A stretch of 64,000 nucleotides of DNA from positions 4,192,001 to 4,256,000 of the forward strand of contig CP166615.1 of NCBI GenBank assembly GCA_041937175.2. The letters run 5' to 3'. Source of the DNA: Limnothrix sp. BL-A-16. GTDB taxonomy: Bacteria > Cyanobacteriota > Cyanobacteriia > CACIAM-69d. The notes under the pieces were generated by a model. It saw only the letters and a list, made by a program, of their open reading frames with translations, was not told where the DNA came from and made no database searches. Shown here piece by piece: positions 1-8,572 of this stretch. Position 1 is the stretch's first letter, and each line of letters opens with the position of its first letter. The position numbers and the translations under genes were made by a program.

Positions 1-370
1 TTCGGGCCAAGATACCAGCCGATATCTGTTGCAACGGGTGGTGATGCGGTTGCGCAACCATATTTCTGAGTTGGAAGCCCTGGGGCGCTACGGCAAATAT
101 GACTTGGTGCTGTTGCTGCCCAACACGGAGATTGAGGAAGCCTGTCGCCGAGCGGAGCGGTTGCGCCAACTGTTGTCGTCGTTGGATGCGTCCCTGCTGG
201 AGTTTGCGCCCCAAGGAATTGGCGTGGCGATCGGGATTGCCAGTTTCCCAGACCATGGCCGCACGGCGGCTGAGTTATTGCACCGGGCAGACGTGGCCCT
301 GTATCGGGCCCGATCGGGCAAGGGTAACGGGATTGTGCCCTATAGTTTGCCCGACAGCGATCGCGCCTAG
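1..370 (+). CDS. GGDEF-domain protein, C-terminal part (runs off the window start); active-site motif degenerate
   Basis: GRYGKYDLVLLLP in place of R(Y/F)GGDEF, followed by the typical AIGIASFP...LLHRADVALYRA..G tail. Confidence 0.8.
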   Translation, partial: SGQDTSRYLLQRVVMRLRNHISELEALGRYGKYDLVLLLPNTEIEEACRRAERLRQLLSSLDASLLEFAPQGIGVAIGIASFPDHGRTAAELLHRADVALYRARSGKGNGIVPYSLPDSDRA

Positions 371-571
371 ATCGTCCATTCCCGCTCATCGTCCTGATTT
401 CGGCCCTGAGCATCCGGTTCTAGACCGCTACCCGATCGCCGGCCTCGTTAAGATAGAAGGCCCCAAGCGGCGGTTCGCGAACCAAAAGTCGGGCCCTGTC
501 GTCAATTGGCGTTAGAGTAGCCACAATGCGCGATCAACCGTCGCTTTCTACTGTTGTTGAGTTTCGTTGGT

Positions 572-2410
572 ATGGTTCAGCAATTGCCCGATCGTCCCCT
601 GCCCGCCGCCGACCAGGTTGATAAAATCACCCTGCCGAAAACTAGCGAATCGGAAACGCTGAAGAAAATTCGCCACACCACTTCCCATGTGATGGCCATG
701 GCGGTGCAGCGCTTGTTTCCCAAGGCCCAAGTGACGATCGGCCCCTGGATCGAAAACGGCTTTTACTACGATTTTGATAGCCCTGAACCCTTCAGTGAAG
801 AGGCGTTGAAGGCGATCAAAAAAGAGATGATCAAAATCATCAACAAAAAGCTGCCGGTGATTCGCGAAGAGGTGTCCCGCGAGGAAGCCAAGCGCCGAAT
901 TGAGGCGATCGGGGAACCCTACAAACTGGAAATTCTCGACGACATCAAAACCGAGCCAATCACGATCTATCACCTGGGCGATCAGTGGTGGGATCTTTGC
1001 GCCGGGCCCCACTTGGAAAACACCTCGGAAATTAACCCCAAGGCGATCGAATTGGAAACGGTGGCCGGAGCCTATTGGCGCGGTGATGCCACCAAGGCCC
1101 AGCTCCAACGGATCTATGGCACGGCCTGGGAAAGCCCCGAGCAACTGACCGAATATAAACGCCGCAAGGAAGAAGCCCTCAAGCGCGATCACCGCAAACT
1201 GGGCAAAGACCTGGGGCTGTTTATCTTCGCCGATCCCGTCGGGCCCGGCTTGCCCCTCTGGACTCCCAAGGGCACGATGCTGCGATCGATCCTGGAGGAC
1301 TTCCTCAAAGGCGAACAGGTGAAACGTGGCTACTTGCCCGTGGTCACGCCCCACATTGCCCGGGTGGATTTGTTCAAAACCTCCGGCCACTGGCAAAAAT
1401 ACAAGGAAGACATGTTCCCGATGATGGCCGAGTCGCCGGACGAGGCGGCCGCCGAATTGGGCTTTGTGCTGAAGCCGATGAACTGCCCCTTCCACATCCA
1501 AATCTTTAAGAGCCAGTTGCGATCGTACCGAGAGCTGCCGATGCGCCTGGCGGAATTTGGCACAGTCTATCGCTACGAGCAGTCCGGCGAGCTGGGCGGC
1601 CTAACAAGGGTACGCGGCTTCACGGTGGATGACTCCCACCTATTCGTGGCTCCCGAGCAACTCGACGCGGAATTTCTGAAGGTGGTGGATCTGATCCTGA
1701 CGGTGTTCAGGGCGCTGCAACTGAAAAACTTCAAAGCGCGCCTTAGCTTCCGCGATCCCGACTCCGACAAGTACATCGGCTCCGATGAGGCCTGGAACAA
1801 GGCCCAAAACGCCATTCGATCGGCCGTGCAAACTCTGGGCATGAGTTCCTTTGAAGCCCCCGGCGAAGCGGCCTTCTACGGGCCCAAGCTGGACTTTATT
1901 TTCCAAGATGCCCTGGAGCGCGAGTGGCAACTGGGGACGGTGCAGGTGGATTACAACCTGCCGGAGCGCTTCGATTTGGAATATGTGGCGGCCGATGGCA
2001 GCCGCCAGCGGCCGGTGATGATCCACCGGGCCCCCTTCGGCTCGATCGAGCGGCTGGTGGGCATCCTGATCGAAGAATATGCCGGAGATTTCCCCTTCTG
2101 GTTGGCTCCGGAGCAAATTCGGCTGTTGCCCGTGGGCGACAACTTCCGCGACTATGCCGATCGAGTCGTGGAGCAACTGCAAATGGCGGGCATTCGGGCC
2201 ACGGTGGATGGTTCGGGCGATCGGCTGGGCAAAATTGTCCGCAACGCCGAAAAGGAAAAAATCCCCGTGATGGCCGTGGTCGGTGAAAAAGAATTGGAAA
2301 CCAACAGCCTCAGCCTTCGCACCCGGGCTGACGGCGACTTGGGATCGGTGACGGTGGCCACCACGATCGAACGGGCCACGGCCGCCAACCGCGATCGCGC
2401 TGCCTTCTAA
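572..2410 (+). CDS. thrS: threonine--tRNA ligase
   Basis: Motifs IRHTTSHVMA, DLCAGPH, DHRKLG, KPMNCPFH, GLTRVRGF, AAFYGPK, MIHRAPFGS; ATG at 572. Confidence 0.98.
   Translation: MVQQLPDRPLPAADQVDKITLPKTSESETLKKIRHTTSHVMAMAVQRLFPKAQVTIGPWIENGFYYDFDSPEPFSEEALKAIKKEMIKIINKKLPVIREEVSREEAKRRIEAIGEPYKLEILDDIKTEPITIYHLGDQWWDLCAGPHLENTSEINPKAIELETVAGAYWRGDATKAQLQRIYGTAWESPEQLTEYKRRKEEALKRDHRKLGKDLGLFIFADPVGPGLPLWTPKGTMLRSILEDFLKGEQVKRGYLPVVTPHIARVDLFKTSGHWQKYKEDMFPMMAESPDEAAAELGFVLKPMNCPFHIQIFKSQLRSYRELPMRLAEFGTVYRYEQSGELGGLTRVRGFTVDDSHLFVAPEQLDAEFLKVVDLILTVFRALQLKNFKARLSFRDPDSDKYIGSDEAWNKAQNAIRSAVQTLGMSSFEAPGEAAFYGPKLDFIFQDALEREWQLGTVQVDYNLPERFDLEYVAADGSRQRPVMIHRAPFGSIERLVGILIEEYAGDFPFWLAPEQIRLLPVGDNFRDYADRVVEQLQMAGIRATVDGSGDRLGKIVRNAEKEKIPVMAVVGEKELETNSLSLRTRADGDLGSVTVATTIERATAANRDRAAF
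2339..2398 (+). repeat. 60-bp direct repeat, copy 1 (thrS 3' end; attL-like)
   Basis: ttgggatcggtgacggtggccaccacgatcgaacgggccacggccgccaaccgcgatcgc; one mismatch to 4630..4689. Confidence 0.95.
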
Positions 2411-2416
2411 AGCATC

Positions 2417-2503
2417 TTGCACCTCAGGAATTGAGCGAAAGCTCTGAGTGTTGCTAGCGAGTGACTCATTAAACTTTGTCCTAGCTAGCAACGCTCTTTG
2501 CAA
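2417..2503 (+). promoter_or_regulatory. structured RNA or hairpin element between thrS and the islet ATPase
   Basis: gagc-GAAA-gctc tetraloop (2433-2444); 13-bp stem gagtgttgctagc (2446-2458) / gctagcaacgctc (2484-2496). Confidence 0.5.
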
Positions 2504-2526
2504 ATCTCAAAAAGAATTTTGAAGCA

Positions 2527-3894
2527 ATGAATACTCTGCAATTAGATCGATTTTCAACTAAGCAGCGATCAGAATCATCAGGAATTAGTAGAGTAGCAAT
2601 TCAAGGCTATAAATCGATCTTTAATCAATGCTCAATTGATCTTAGCTATTTAACTGTGATTGCAGGATCTAATAGTTCTGGCAAATCCAGCCTGTTTCAG
2701 CCATTATTAATCCTTAAACAGACTCTTGAGTCTCCGTTTGATCCTGGCAGCTTATTGATCAATGGTGATTCTGTCAATATTACTTCCTTGGATCAATTGT
2801 TGTCTCATGTTCCTGATCACAGACGAAATCGCAATTTAATTATTGAGCTTGAACTTCATTTAGAGAAATCAGTTAGGCTTACGTTCTCTGAAAAGCAGAA
2901 AAAACAAGGACTAAAAATCATTGAATCCTGTTATGAAGTAAAAGATTCAGAGAAGGTTTTTGTCTTAAAGAAGGAACTATCTCAAGAGCATCTTGTTGAT
3001 CTTATGCAAAATATGATTGAAGATCGATTTGGTGATGCTGCACCTCTTATAGAAGTTTTGAAGAAATATTCAATAAACCCATTAATTGAAGGAAGTTGCT
3101 TCTTTGACTTGGGATTGACGACACCACAGTTATCACTTTCAATAGGTCTTTTTAATGATTATGCAAATGAAGTTCGACGTATTATCCATGTTTCAGGAAT
3201 TCGAAGAAACCCAGAGAGAACATATCAAAAAACAGCAATAGGTCCAGAATTTAGTGGCGCTTTTGACAAATATGTAGCTAGCGTGATCCTTGCCTGGAAA
3301 ACCGAGCAAAAATCAAAATTTAAGCAACTTAATGAAGATCTTGCTGAATTGGGCTTGACTTGGAAGATTGATGCTAGACAGTTGGATGACTCGCAATTGG
3401 AGTTGCTAGTTGGTCGCGGCCCTACCCATGGCTCAAGCAGGAATAAGAAGCACAAACCCAGTGATACCGTCAACATTGCAGATGTTGGGTTTGGAGTTTC
3501 ACAGGTTTTACCTGTCTTGGTAGCATTATTGGTTGCAGAGCCAGGGCAGCTTGTCTATATTGAGCAACCCGAAATTCATTTACATCCCAAAGCACAAGTG
3601 GCTTTAGCTAAGCTGTTAGTCCGAGCTGCACTTCGGAAAGTTCGGGTCGTTGTCGAAACCCACAGCTCTATCCTGCTACTAGCAATTCAATCATTAGTTG
3701 CTGAAGGGGAACTACCACCTTCAGACACATACCTTCATTGGGTTAGTCGTGATCCTGAAGGTATTACCGAAGTGAGTAGCCAGCAACTTGATGAAACTGG
3801 TGCTTTTGGTGACTGGCCCGAAGACTTTGCAGATACTATGTTAGATCTTAATAGTCGCTACCTAGATGCCGTGGAAAACACAATATTTGGCTGA
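2527..3894 (+). CDS. ABC-type (AAA_15/AAA_21-like) ATPase with DUF3696-like C-terminus
   Basis: IQGYKSI start, Walker A GSNSSGKS, signature-like VGFGVSQ, Walker B/D-loop YIEQPEIHLHP, H-loop VETHS, tail LDETGAFGDWPEDF. Confidence 0.88.
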   Translation: MNTLQLDRFSTKQRSESSGISRVAIQGYKSIFNQCSIDLSYLTVIAGSNSSGKSSLFQPLLILKQTLESPFDPGSLLINGDSVNITSLDQLLSHVPDHRRNRNLIIELELHLEKSVRLTFSEKQKKQGLKIIESCYEVKDSEKVFVLKKELSQEHLVDLMQNMIEDRFGDAAPLIEVLKKYSINPLIEGSCFFDLGLTTPQLSLSIGLFNDYANEVRRIIHVSGIRRNPERTYQKTAIGPEFSGAFDKYVASVILAWKTEQKSKFKQLNEDLAELGLTWKIDARQLDDSQLELLVGRGPTHGSSRNKKHKPSDTVNIADVGFGVSQVLPVLVALLVAEPGQLVYIEQPEIHLHPKAQVALAKLLVRAALRKVRVVVETHSSILLLAIQSLVAEGELPPSDTYLHWVSRDPEGITEVSSQQLDETGAFGDWPEDFADTMLDLNSRYLDAVENTIFG

Positions 3895-3925
3895 GGACTT
3901 ATCCAGAAAAATACAAAGAACTGAA

Positions 3926-4513
3926 ATGAGCAAAAAAACTGGAAAGAGCCTAGTAATCGATGCTTGCATTGCGCGATCTGCTAGCGAAACCAATCATCCT
4001 ATCTCTAGTGCATGTCGAGAATGCCTTAAATCAATTCTGAAACATTCGCACCGCATGGTTATAACAAAAGAAATTTCTCGAGAATGGAGAAAGCATCAAT
4101 CACCATTTGCTCAAGAGTGGCTCAAGACGATGTTTCAAAGAAAAAGACTTCATAGTCTTAAGCCTTCCCAAGTTGAAAACATAGATGGATTGATGGATTT
4201 TATTGACACTTTAGAATTTCAGAAAGAGAGAGAGGATGCTTATAAAGATATACATCTCATAGAAGCAGCCATAGCTTCTGACAAGAGGATTATTTCATCG
4301 GATGAGAAAACAGCACGAAAGTTTTTCAGCGCTGCGACTGAGACTGTTCCTATCATTGGAGATATCCTGTGGGCTAACCCAGTGAAGCCTGAAGAATCAG
4401 TAGCAGATTGGATCGCTCAAGGCACTCCACTGGAACCCGAGAGAACGCTTAAAGCATTTCGACAACGATCGAAAACTGCCCAAGGCTCAAGCTCGCCTGA
4501 GAGAATTGGATAG
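3926..4513 (+). CDS. PIN-like domain protein (putative RNase effector)
   Basis: LVIDAC, REW, KDIHLIEAA and IISSDE give the acidic-residue layout of PIN folds; ATG 31 nt after the ATPase stop. Confidence 0.65.
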   Translation: MSKKTGKSLVIDACIARSASETNHPISSACRECLKSILKHSHRMVITKEISREWRKHQSPFAQEWLKTMFQRKRLHSLKPSQVENIDGLMDFIDTLEFQKEREDAYKDIHLIEAAIASDKRIISSDEKTARKFFSAATETVPIIGDILWANPVKPEESVADWIAQGTPLEPERTLKAFRQRSKTAQGSSSPERIG

Positions 4514-4629
4514 AGTATTTGTCACTTCCATGTCTATCAGATTTACGATATTGCCCAATTTTCATGAATAATTGTGGCTGGTGAATTTTAATCTTTGTTG
4601 TTTTCGCTGTAAGCCAGCTACAAGGGATT

Positions 4630-4701
4630 TTGGGGTCGGTGACGGTGGCCACCACGATCGAACGGGCCACGGCCGCCAACCGCGATCGCACCGATTTTTA
4701 G
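4630..4701 (+). repeat. direct repeat copy 2: displaced thrS 3' end with its own in-frame stop (attR-like)
   Basis: Encodes LGSVTVATTIERATAANRDR-TDF* versus -AAF* in intact thrS. Confidence 0.93.
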
Positions 4702-4877
4702 AGTTCAGGGCAGCGCCAGCCCAGAAAAGCTCTAGCCTAGGGAGGTGGAAACGGCCGATCGTGCCCCTGTCCCCGATCGGGGATGTGCCTAGGTTGCCCA
4801 TTGCCCCATCCTCGATCGTCCAACGGCTCAATAGTTCCCCATCAAGTCCCCATCACAAGTACCGCTTGAACTTTGCG

Positions 4878-5366
4878 ATGAAACTTCAATCCACAATTGC
4901 AGCGATCGCCCTGGGTTTACCGCTGCTGCTGACCCCCACCGCTGCCCAAGCCAACGAATACGATCGCTGTGTGCGCGACCTGCGCGACTCCAACATCAGC
5001 CCCGACCTGATCGCTAGCTCCTGTGCCTATGTGCTCCACCCCGAGGATTTGGGCGACTGCGTGGAGCGAATTGACGAAAAAACCACCATCTCAGCGGAAG
5101 CGGCCCTCAGAACCTGTCGGCAAGCGCGCCGCCCGATCGACACCGCCAACTGTGTGGTCAGCATCTCGCGGGCCGGAGCCGTTGACGGCAGCGCCGTTTT
5201 GGAGCACTGTCGCCGCAGTCTGCTGCCCGAACGGTTTGCCCGCTGTGTTACCACCCTGAATCGCCAGGTGACCAGTGACCTGACCACCGCCATGGGCCAA
5301 TGCATTGACGGGCGCGATCGCCCCCGTGACATGTATCCCGAATATCCCGGGCGATCGGGCAACTGA
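4878..5366 (+). CDS. secreted Cys-repeat hypothetical protein
   Basis: Signal peptide MKLQSTIAAIALGLPLLLTPTAAQA; three C-x5-P-x5-CV units. Confidence 0.8.
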   Translation: MKLQSTIAAIALGLPLLLTPTAAQANEYDRCVRDLRDSNISPDLIASSCAYVLHPEDLGDCVERIDEKTTISAEAALRTCRQARRPIDTANCVVSISRAGAVDGSAVLEHCRRSLLPERFARCVTTLNRQVTSDLTTAMGQCIDGRDRPRDMYPEYPGRSGN

Positions 5367-5506
5367 GATTGGTGACTGAGATCGTAAAACTGAGGCCGTA
5401 AATCAGCGTTTTGGTTGATTTGGGTTCCAGTTGATTTGGGTTCGATCGGGTTTGGCCCACCTGTCCGTGGCCTTGCCAAGCCCACACCCTCTTCAAGAGA
5501 ACTGGA

Positions 5507-5566
5507 TCTATCTCCTAGGGTTAAGCCGCAGTCGTTGAGGCTGAACCGCTAACCCCAGGAGATAGA
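5507..5566. terminator. long hairpin between convergent genes
   Basis: tctatctcctagggtta ... taaccccaggagataga; 17-bp arms with one mismatch. Confidence 0.55.
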
Positions 5567-5706
5567 CCCAATCCCAGTGATCTCAATTGTGGGCAGGATA
5601 TTCAATCCTGAAGCCTATTAGGTGTTGGTTGATAGTTTTTGGATGGTTGGTGGATTGTTCACGGCATGGTGCCCCCTCTCACCTTGCCTAGTGCCCTCGG
5701 AAATTC

Positions 5707-6105
5707 CTACTCGCTGCGGCCCACCAATTTGGGAATCGGTGGCGCAACGGGCAACAGGTTGGCATCCTTGGTGACAATGTGGCCCACGTAGAAAGCTCCC
5801 GCTTCAATGTTCAGGGCGCTAACCACCACATCCCCCTCCAGGCGTGAGGTGCGCGTTAGGGTCAGACTCCCTTCGGCCACAATACTGGCCTTCACTGTGC
5901 CGTGAATGATGATGTTGCCGGCTTTGACCTCGGGCCCTTCGATCGAGCCAGTCGCCGAAATCTCCAAATCCCCATTCACTTCCACCGTGCCCCGCACCGC
6001 ACCATCAACCCGTAAACCGCCCTGGACTCTTAAGTTTCCTTGAAAATCACTTCCCTCAGCCAGATAGGTCACTGACGGCATTAGTTTTTTGCTACGTCCA
6101 AACAT
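5707..6105 (-). CDS. bactofilin (polymer-forming cytoskeletal protein)
   Basis: Beta-helix pattern TYLAEGSDFQGNL...LRVDGAVRG...LEGDV...LNIEAGAFYVG. Confidence 0.9.
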   Translation of the reverse strand: MFGRSKKLMPSVTYLAEGSDFQGNLRVQGGLRVDGAVRGTVEVNGDLEISATGSIEGPEVKAGNIIIHGTVKASIVAEGSLTLTRTSRLEGDVVVSALNIEAGAFYVGHIVTKDANLLPVAPPIPKLVGRSE

Positions 6106-6887
6106 CGGTTAACTCCAGAGTCACTATTGCATTGATCCATCCCCGCTTTCCTCCCAGCACGCGGCCTCGCGATCGAGGCCTGCTTCATTCTTCAACTCCT
6201 TGAAATTGCTTGAACTCCTTTGCAAGTTTGCTGGGTCATTGACCCAGGTGGTGTTGCCATCAACAACAATTTATACTTCCGATCCTTGTTATTTTTCTGA
6301 CCTCTTAGTTTTTCCGTTCCCTGCGTTTAAGGCGTGTTACTGATGGTGGCTTGCTCTAGGGGATAGAGTTGTCTTGAGATAAATGTCCACAGCCTGATTT
6401 CAGGGTTTTTACGGACAAGATGCACTGATTTGGGTAATGGATAAAACTGTGAATCAACCATCGCCAAACGGTTCTGAGCTGGTGGTTGATGGAAGAGGAT
6501 CAAGCAGGGGCTAAGTTCTAAAATTCCCAAAAATTGCCCAAAATAAGCTCAAAATCCTGAAAAATTTGATTTTTCTCGACAATGATCGCCAAGAATTTTC
6601 TGAACGACGGTTTTCTAAATTTCAGAACAATCAATGCGACTCAGAACCTAGGAACCCAAACGAACGCAAATCAATCATGGTCGGTCTTTGGGCGTAATTT
6701 TGCCAGGATCGTTGATCTGTAATTGATGGTGAGTTGAGTCATGGGCGAGGGCTGCTGAATTGGGATGCAGCTTTACCCGTGACGGGTCATGCCCCCTGAA
6801 GGATCGTGGGACATTTTGGAGAAGCAATGATTGCAAGACAATCGGAAGGATCTATTTTGAAGGATCTATAGGGTATGACAATAGGGT

Positions 6888-7838
6888 ATGGCGATCGATT
6901 GGCAATTTCGGCTCGGTTGTGCTGTGTGGTCTTATCCCGGTTGGGTGGGTTCCGTCTATCCTGCGGGAACTTCGGGGCAAAAAGCCCTGCGTTGTTATGG
7001 CGAGCGGTTTTGGGCCGTTGAGGGCAACACGACGTTTTATGGTGTGCCAACGGCAGCCACGGTGCAGCGCTGGGGATCGTTGGTTCCCGATGGATTTCGC
7101 TTTTGCCTGAAGTTGCCTCGGGATGTGACCCATCTGGGGCCCTTGCTCGATCGCGGGCCGGCGGCGTTGGCCTTTGCGGAGCGGGCGGCGGCCTTGGGCG
7201 ATCGGTGCGGGCCCTTGTTTGCCCAGCTTCCTCCTAGCTACGGCCCCAGCCAGAGTGCAGATTTGCGACAGTTTTTGAGTCAATGGCGACAGTCAACCGA
7301 TGTCCCTTTGGCGTTGGAGGTGCGTCACCGGGATTGGTTTTTGCCCCATTGGCGCGATCGCCTCAACGGTTGGTTACGAGAGCTGGGAATGGGGCGGGTG
7401 GTGTTGGACACGCGGCCCATTTATCGGGGTTTGGATTTGGCCCGGGAAGATCCCCAACGGCAATCCCAACGGCGCAAACCGGATTTGCCGTTGCAGGCCT
7501 GTGTAACGGCGGAGTTCGCGATCGTCCGGTTCATTTCCCACCCGGAAGCCTGGCGCAATGAGGCTTATTTGTTGGAATGGCGCGATCGGGTGTTGCGCTG
7601 GCTGGAGCGAGGGGTGCAACTGTATTTTTTTGTCCATTGCCCGATCGAGGATCATTCGCCCCACACGGCCCGCCAGTTTCAGGCTCTGCTAGAGGCGGCG
7701 ACGGTTCCGGCCGTGGCCGCGATCGCCCCTTTGCCTTGGAATCAGTTATCAGTCACCGAAGGCGCGGCCGCAATGGCCAGGGATCGGACTGGGGGCGATC
7801 GCTCCGGATCCCAAAACGATCAGCTTTCCCTGTTTTAG
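6888..7838 (+). CDS. DUF72 domain protein
   Basis: LGCAVWSYPGW, VEGNTTFY, FCLKLPRDVTH, QLPPS, ALEVRH. Confidence 0.92.
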   Translation: MAIDWQFRLGCAVWSYPGWVGSVYPAGTSGQKALRCYGERFWAVEGNTTFYGVPTAATVQRWGSLVPDGFRFCLKLPRDVTHLGPLLDRGPAALAFAERAAALGDRCGPLFAQLPPSYGPSQSADLRQFLSQWRQSTDVPLALEVRHRDWFLPHWRDRLNGWLRELGMGRVVLDTRPIYRGLDLAREDPQRQSQRRKPDLPLQACVTAEFAIVRFISHPEAWRNEAYLLEWRDRVLRWLERGVQLYFFVHCPIEDHSPHTARQFQALLEAATVPAVAAIAPLPWNQLSVTEGAAAMARDRTGGDRSGSQNDQLSLF

Positions 7839-7841
7839 GAG

Positions 7842-7889
7842 GCCGTATTTTGAGGGAGCCGTATTTTGAGGGAGCCGTATTTTGAGGGA
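7842..7889 (+). repeat. 16-bp tandem repeat x3
   Basis: gccgtattttgaggga, three exact copies just after the DUF72 stop. Confidence 0.95.
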
Positions 7890-7909
7890 AAGAGACCGCA
7901 GCGAAGCGA

Positions 7910-8080
7910 CTACATCAGACCGGTGCGATCGACCAACAGGGCCACACCTGCCGAAAAGGCCGTAATGCCCATCGCGATCCAGGGGCTTTGACCGAAGGCC
8001 ACCGCGAAGGACACGGCCACACCGGCCCCAACGGCAGCGGAAATAACACCAGTGACCAAATCTTTTTGCTCGGGTTGCAT
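7910..8080 (-). CDS. small two-helix membrane protein
   Basis: MQPEQKDLVTGVISAAVGAGVAVSFAVAFGQSPWIAMGITAFSAGVALLV. Confidence 0.65.
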   Translation of the reverse strand: MQPEQKDLVTGVISAAVGAGVAVSFAVAFGQSPWIAMGITAFSAGVALLVDRTGLM

Positions 8081-8460
8081 GGTTTTTTTCCTTGATGATT
8101 TCTTAAACAAAAGGCACTAATAAGAACCGCTAATGAGCGGTTGTGCTGTCCCAAATTACCATCCCGATTTCACTGGGCGTTTAGGGAAAGCCTGGCTTTG
8201 CAATTAACCTTTAATAAGCTTGAAAATTCTTGAAATTTCGCGATAAAAATTCACACATTAGCCAAATTTTCGTCGATCAGAACGTAATAAACGGCAATGA
8301 ATAAACGAATAACAGTTCCAATGCAGTCGCCTAAAAACGGGATCGCCAAGAGCCGATCGGTGAAATAGCCGTGAAATAGCTAGGGAGTTGGTCAACAGGC
8401 ATCTAGGAGATAGAAAAACCGTGAAAGTCTGTGAAAAAGATAAGAAACGGCTGATTCAGA

Positions 8461-8572
8461 ACAGGGTGGTTGAAACTGATCAATCAAAACTCATCCTCTA
8501 CCCTAGGAACTGCTTTACAGGGTGGTTGAAACTGATCAATCAAAACTCATCTTCTATCCTAGGGACTGCTTT
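8461..8572. repeat. 56-bp tandem duplication spanning a stop codon
   Basis: 8461-8516 versus 8517-8572, three mismatches. Confidence 0.92.

Larger units (their letters stand above)
2339..4701. mobile_element. AT-rich genomic islet inserted in the thrS 3' end, no integrase
   Basis: Flanking 60-bp direct repeats, abrupt GC drop, and no GCGATCGC seen in 2411..4629. Confidence 0.85.

Noticed and set aside
7842..7889. Possible mini CRISPR array
   Set aside because: Head-to-tail 16-mers with no spacers
8461..8572. Two copies of ...GGTGGTTGAAAC resembling CRISPR repeat ends
   Set aside because: The sequence following each copy is also duplicated, so there are no unique spacers, and no cas genes are present
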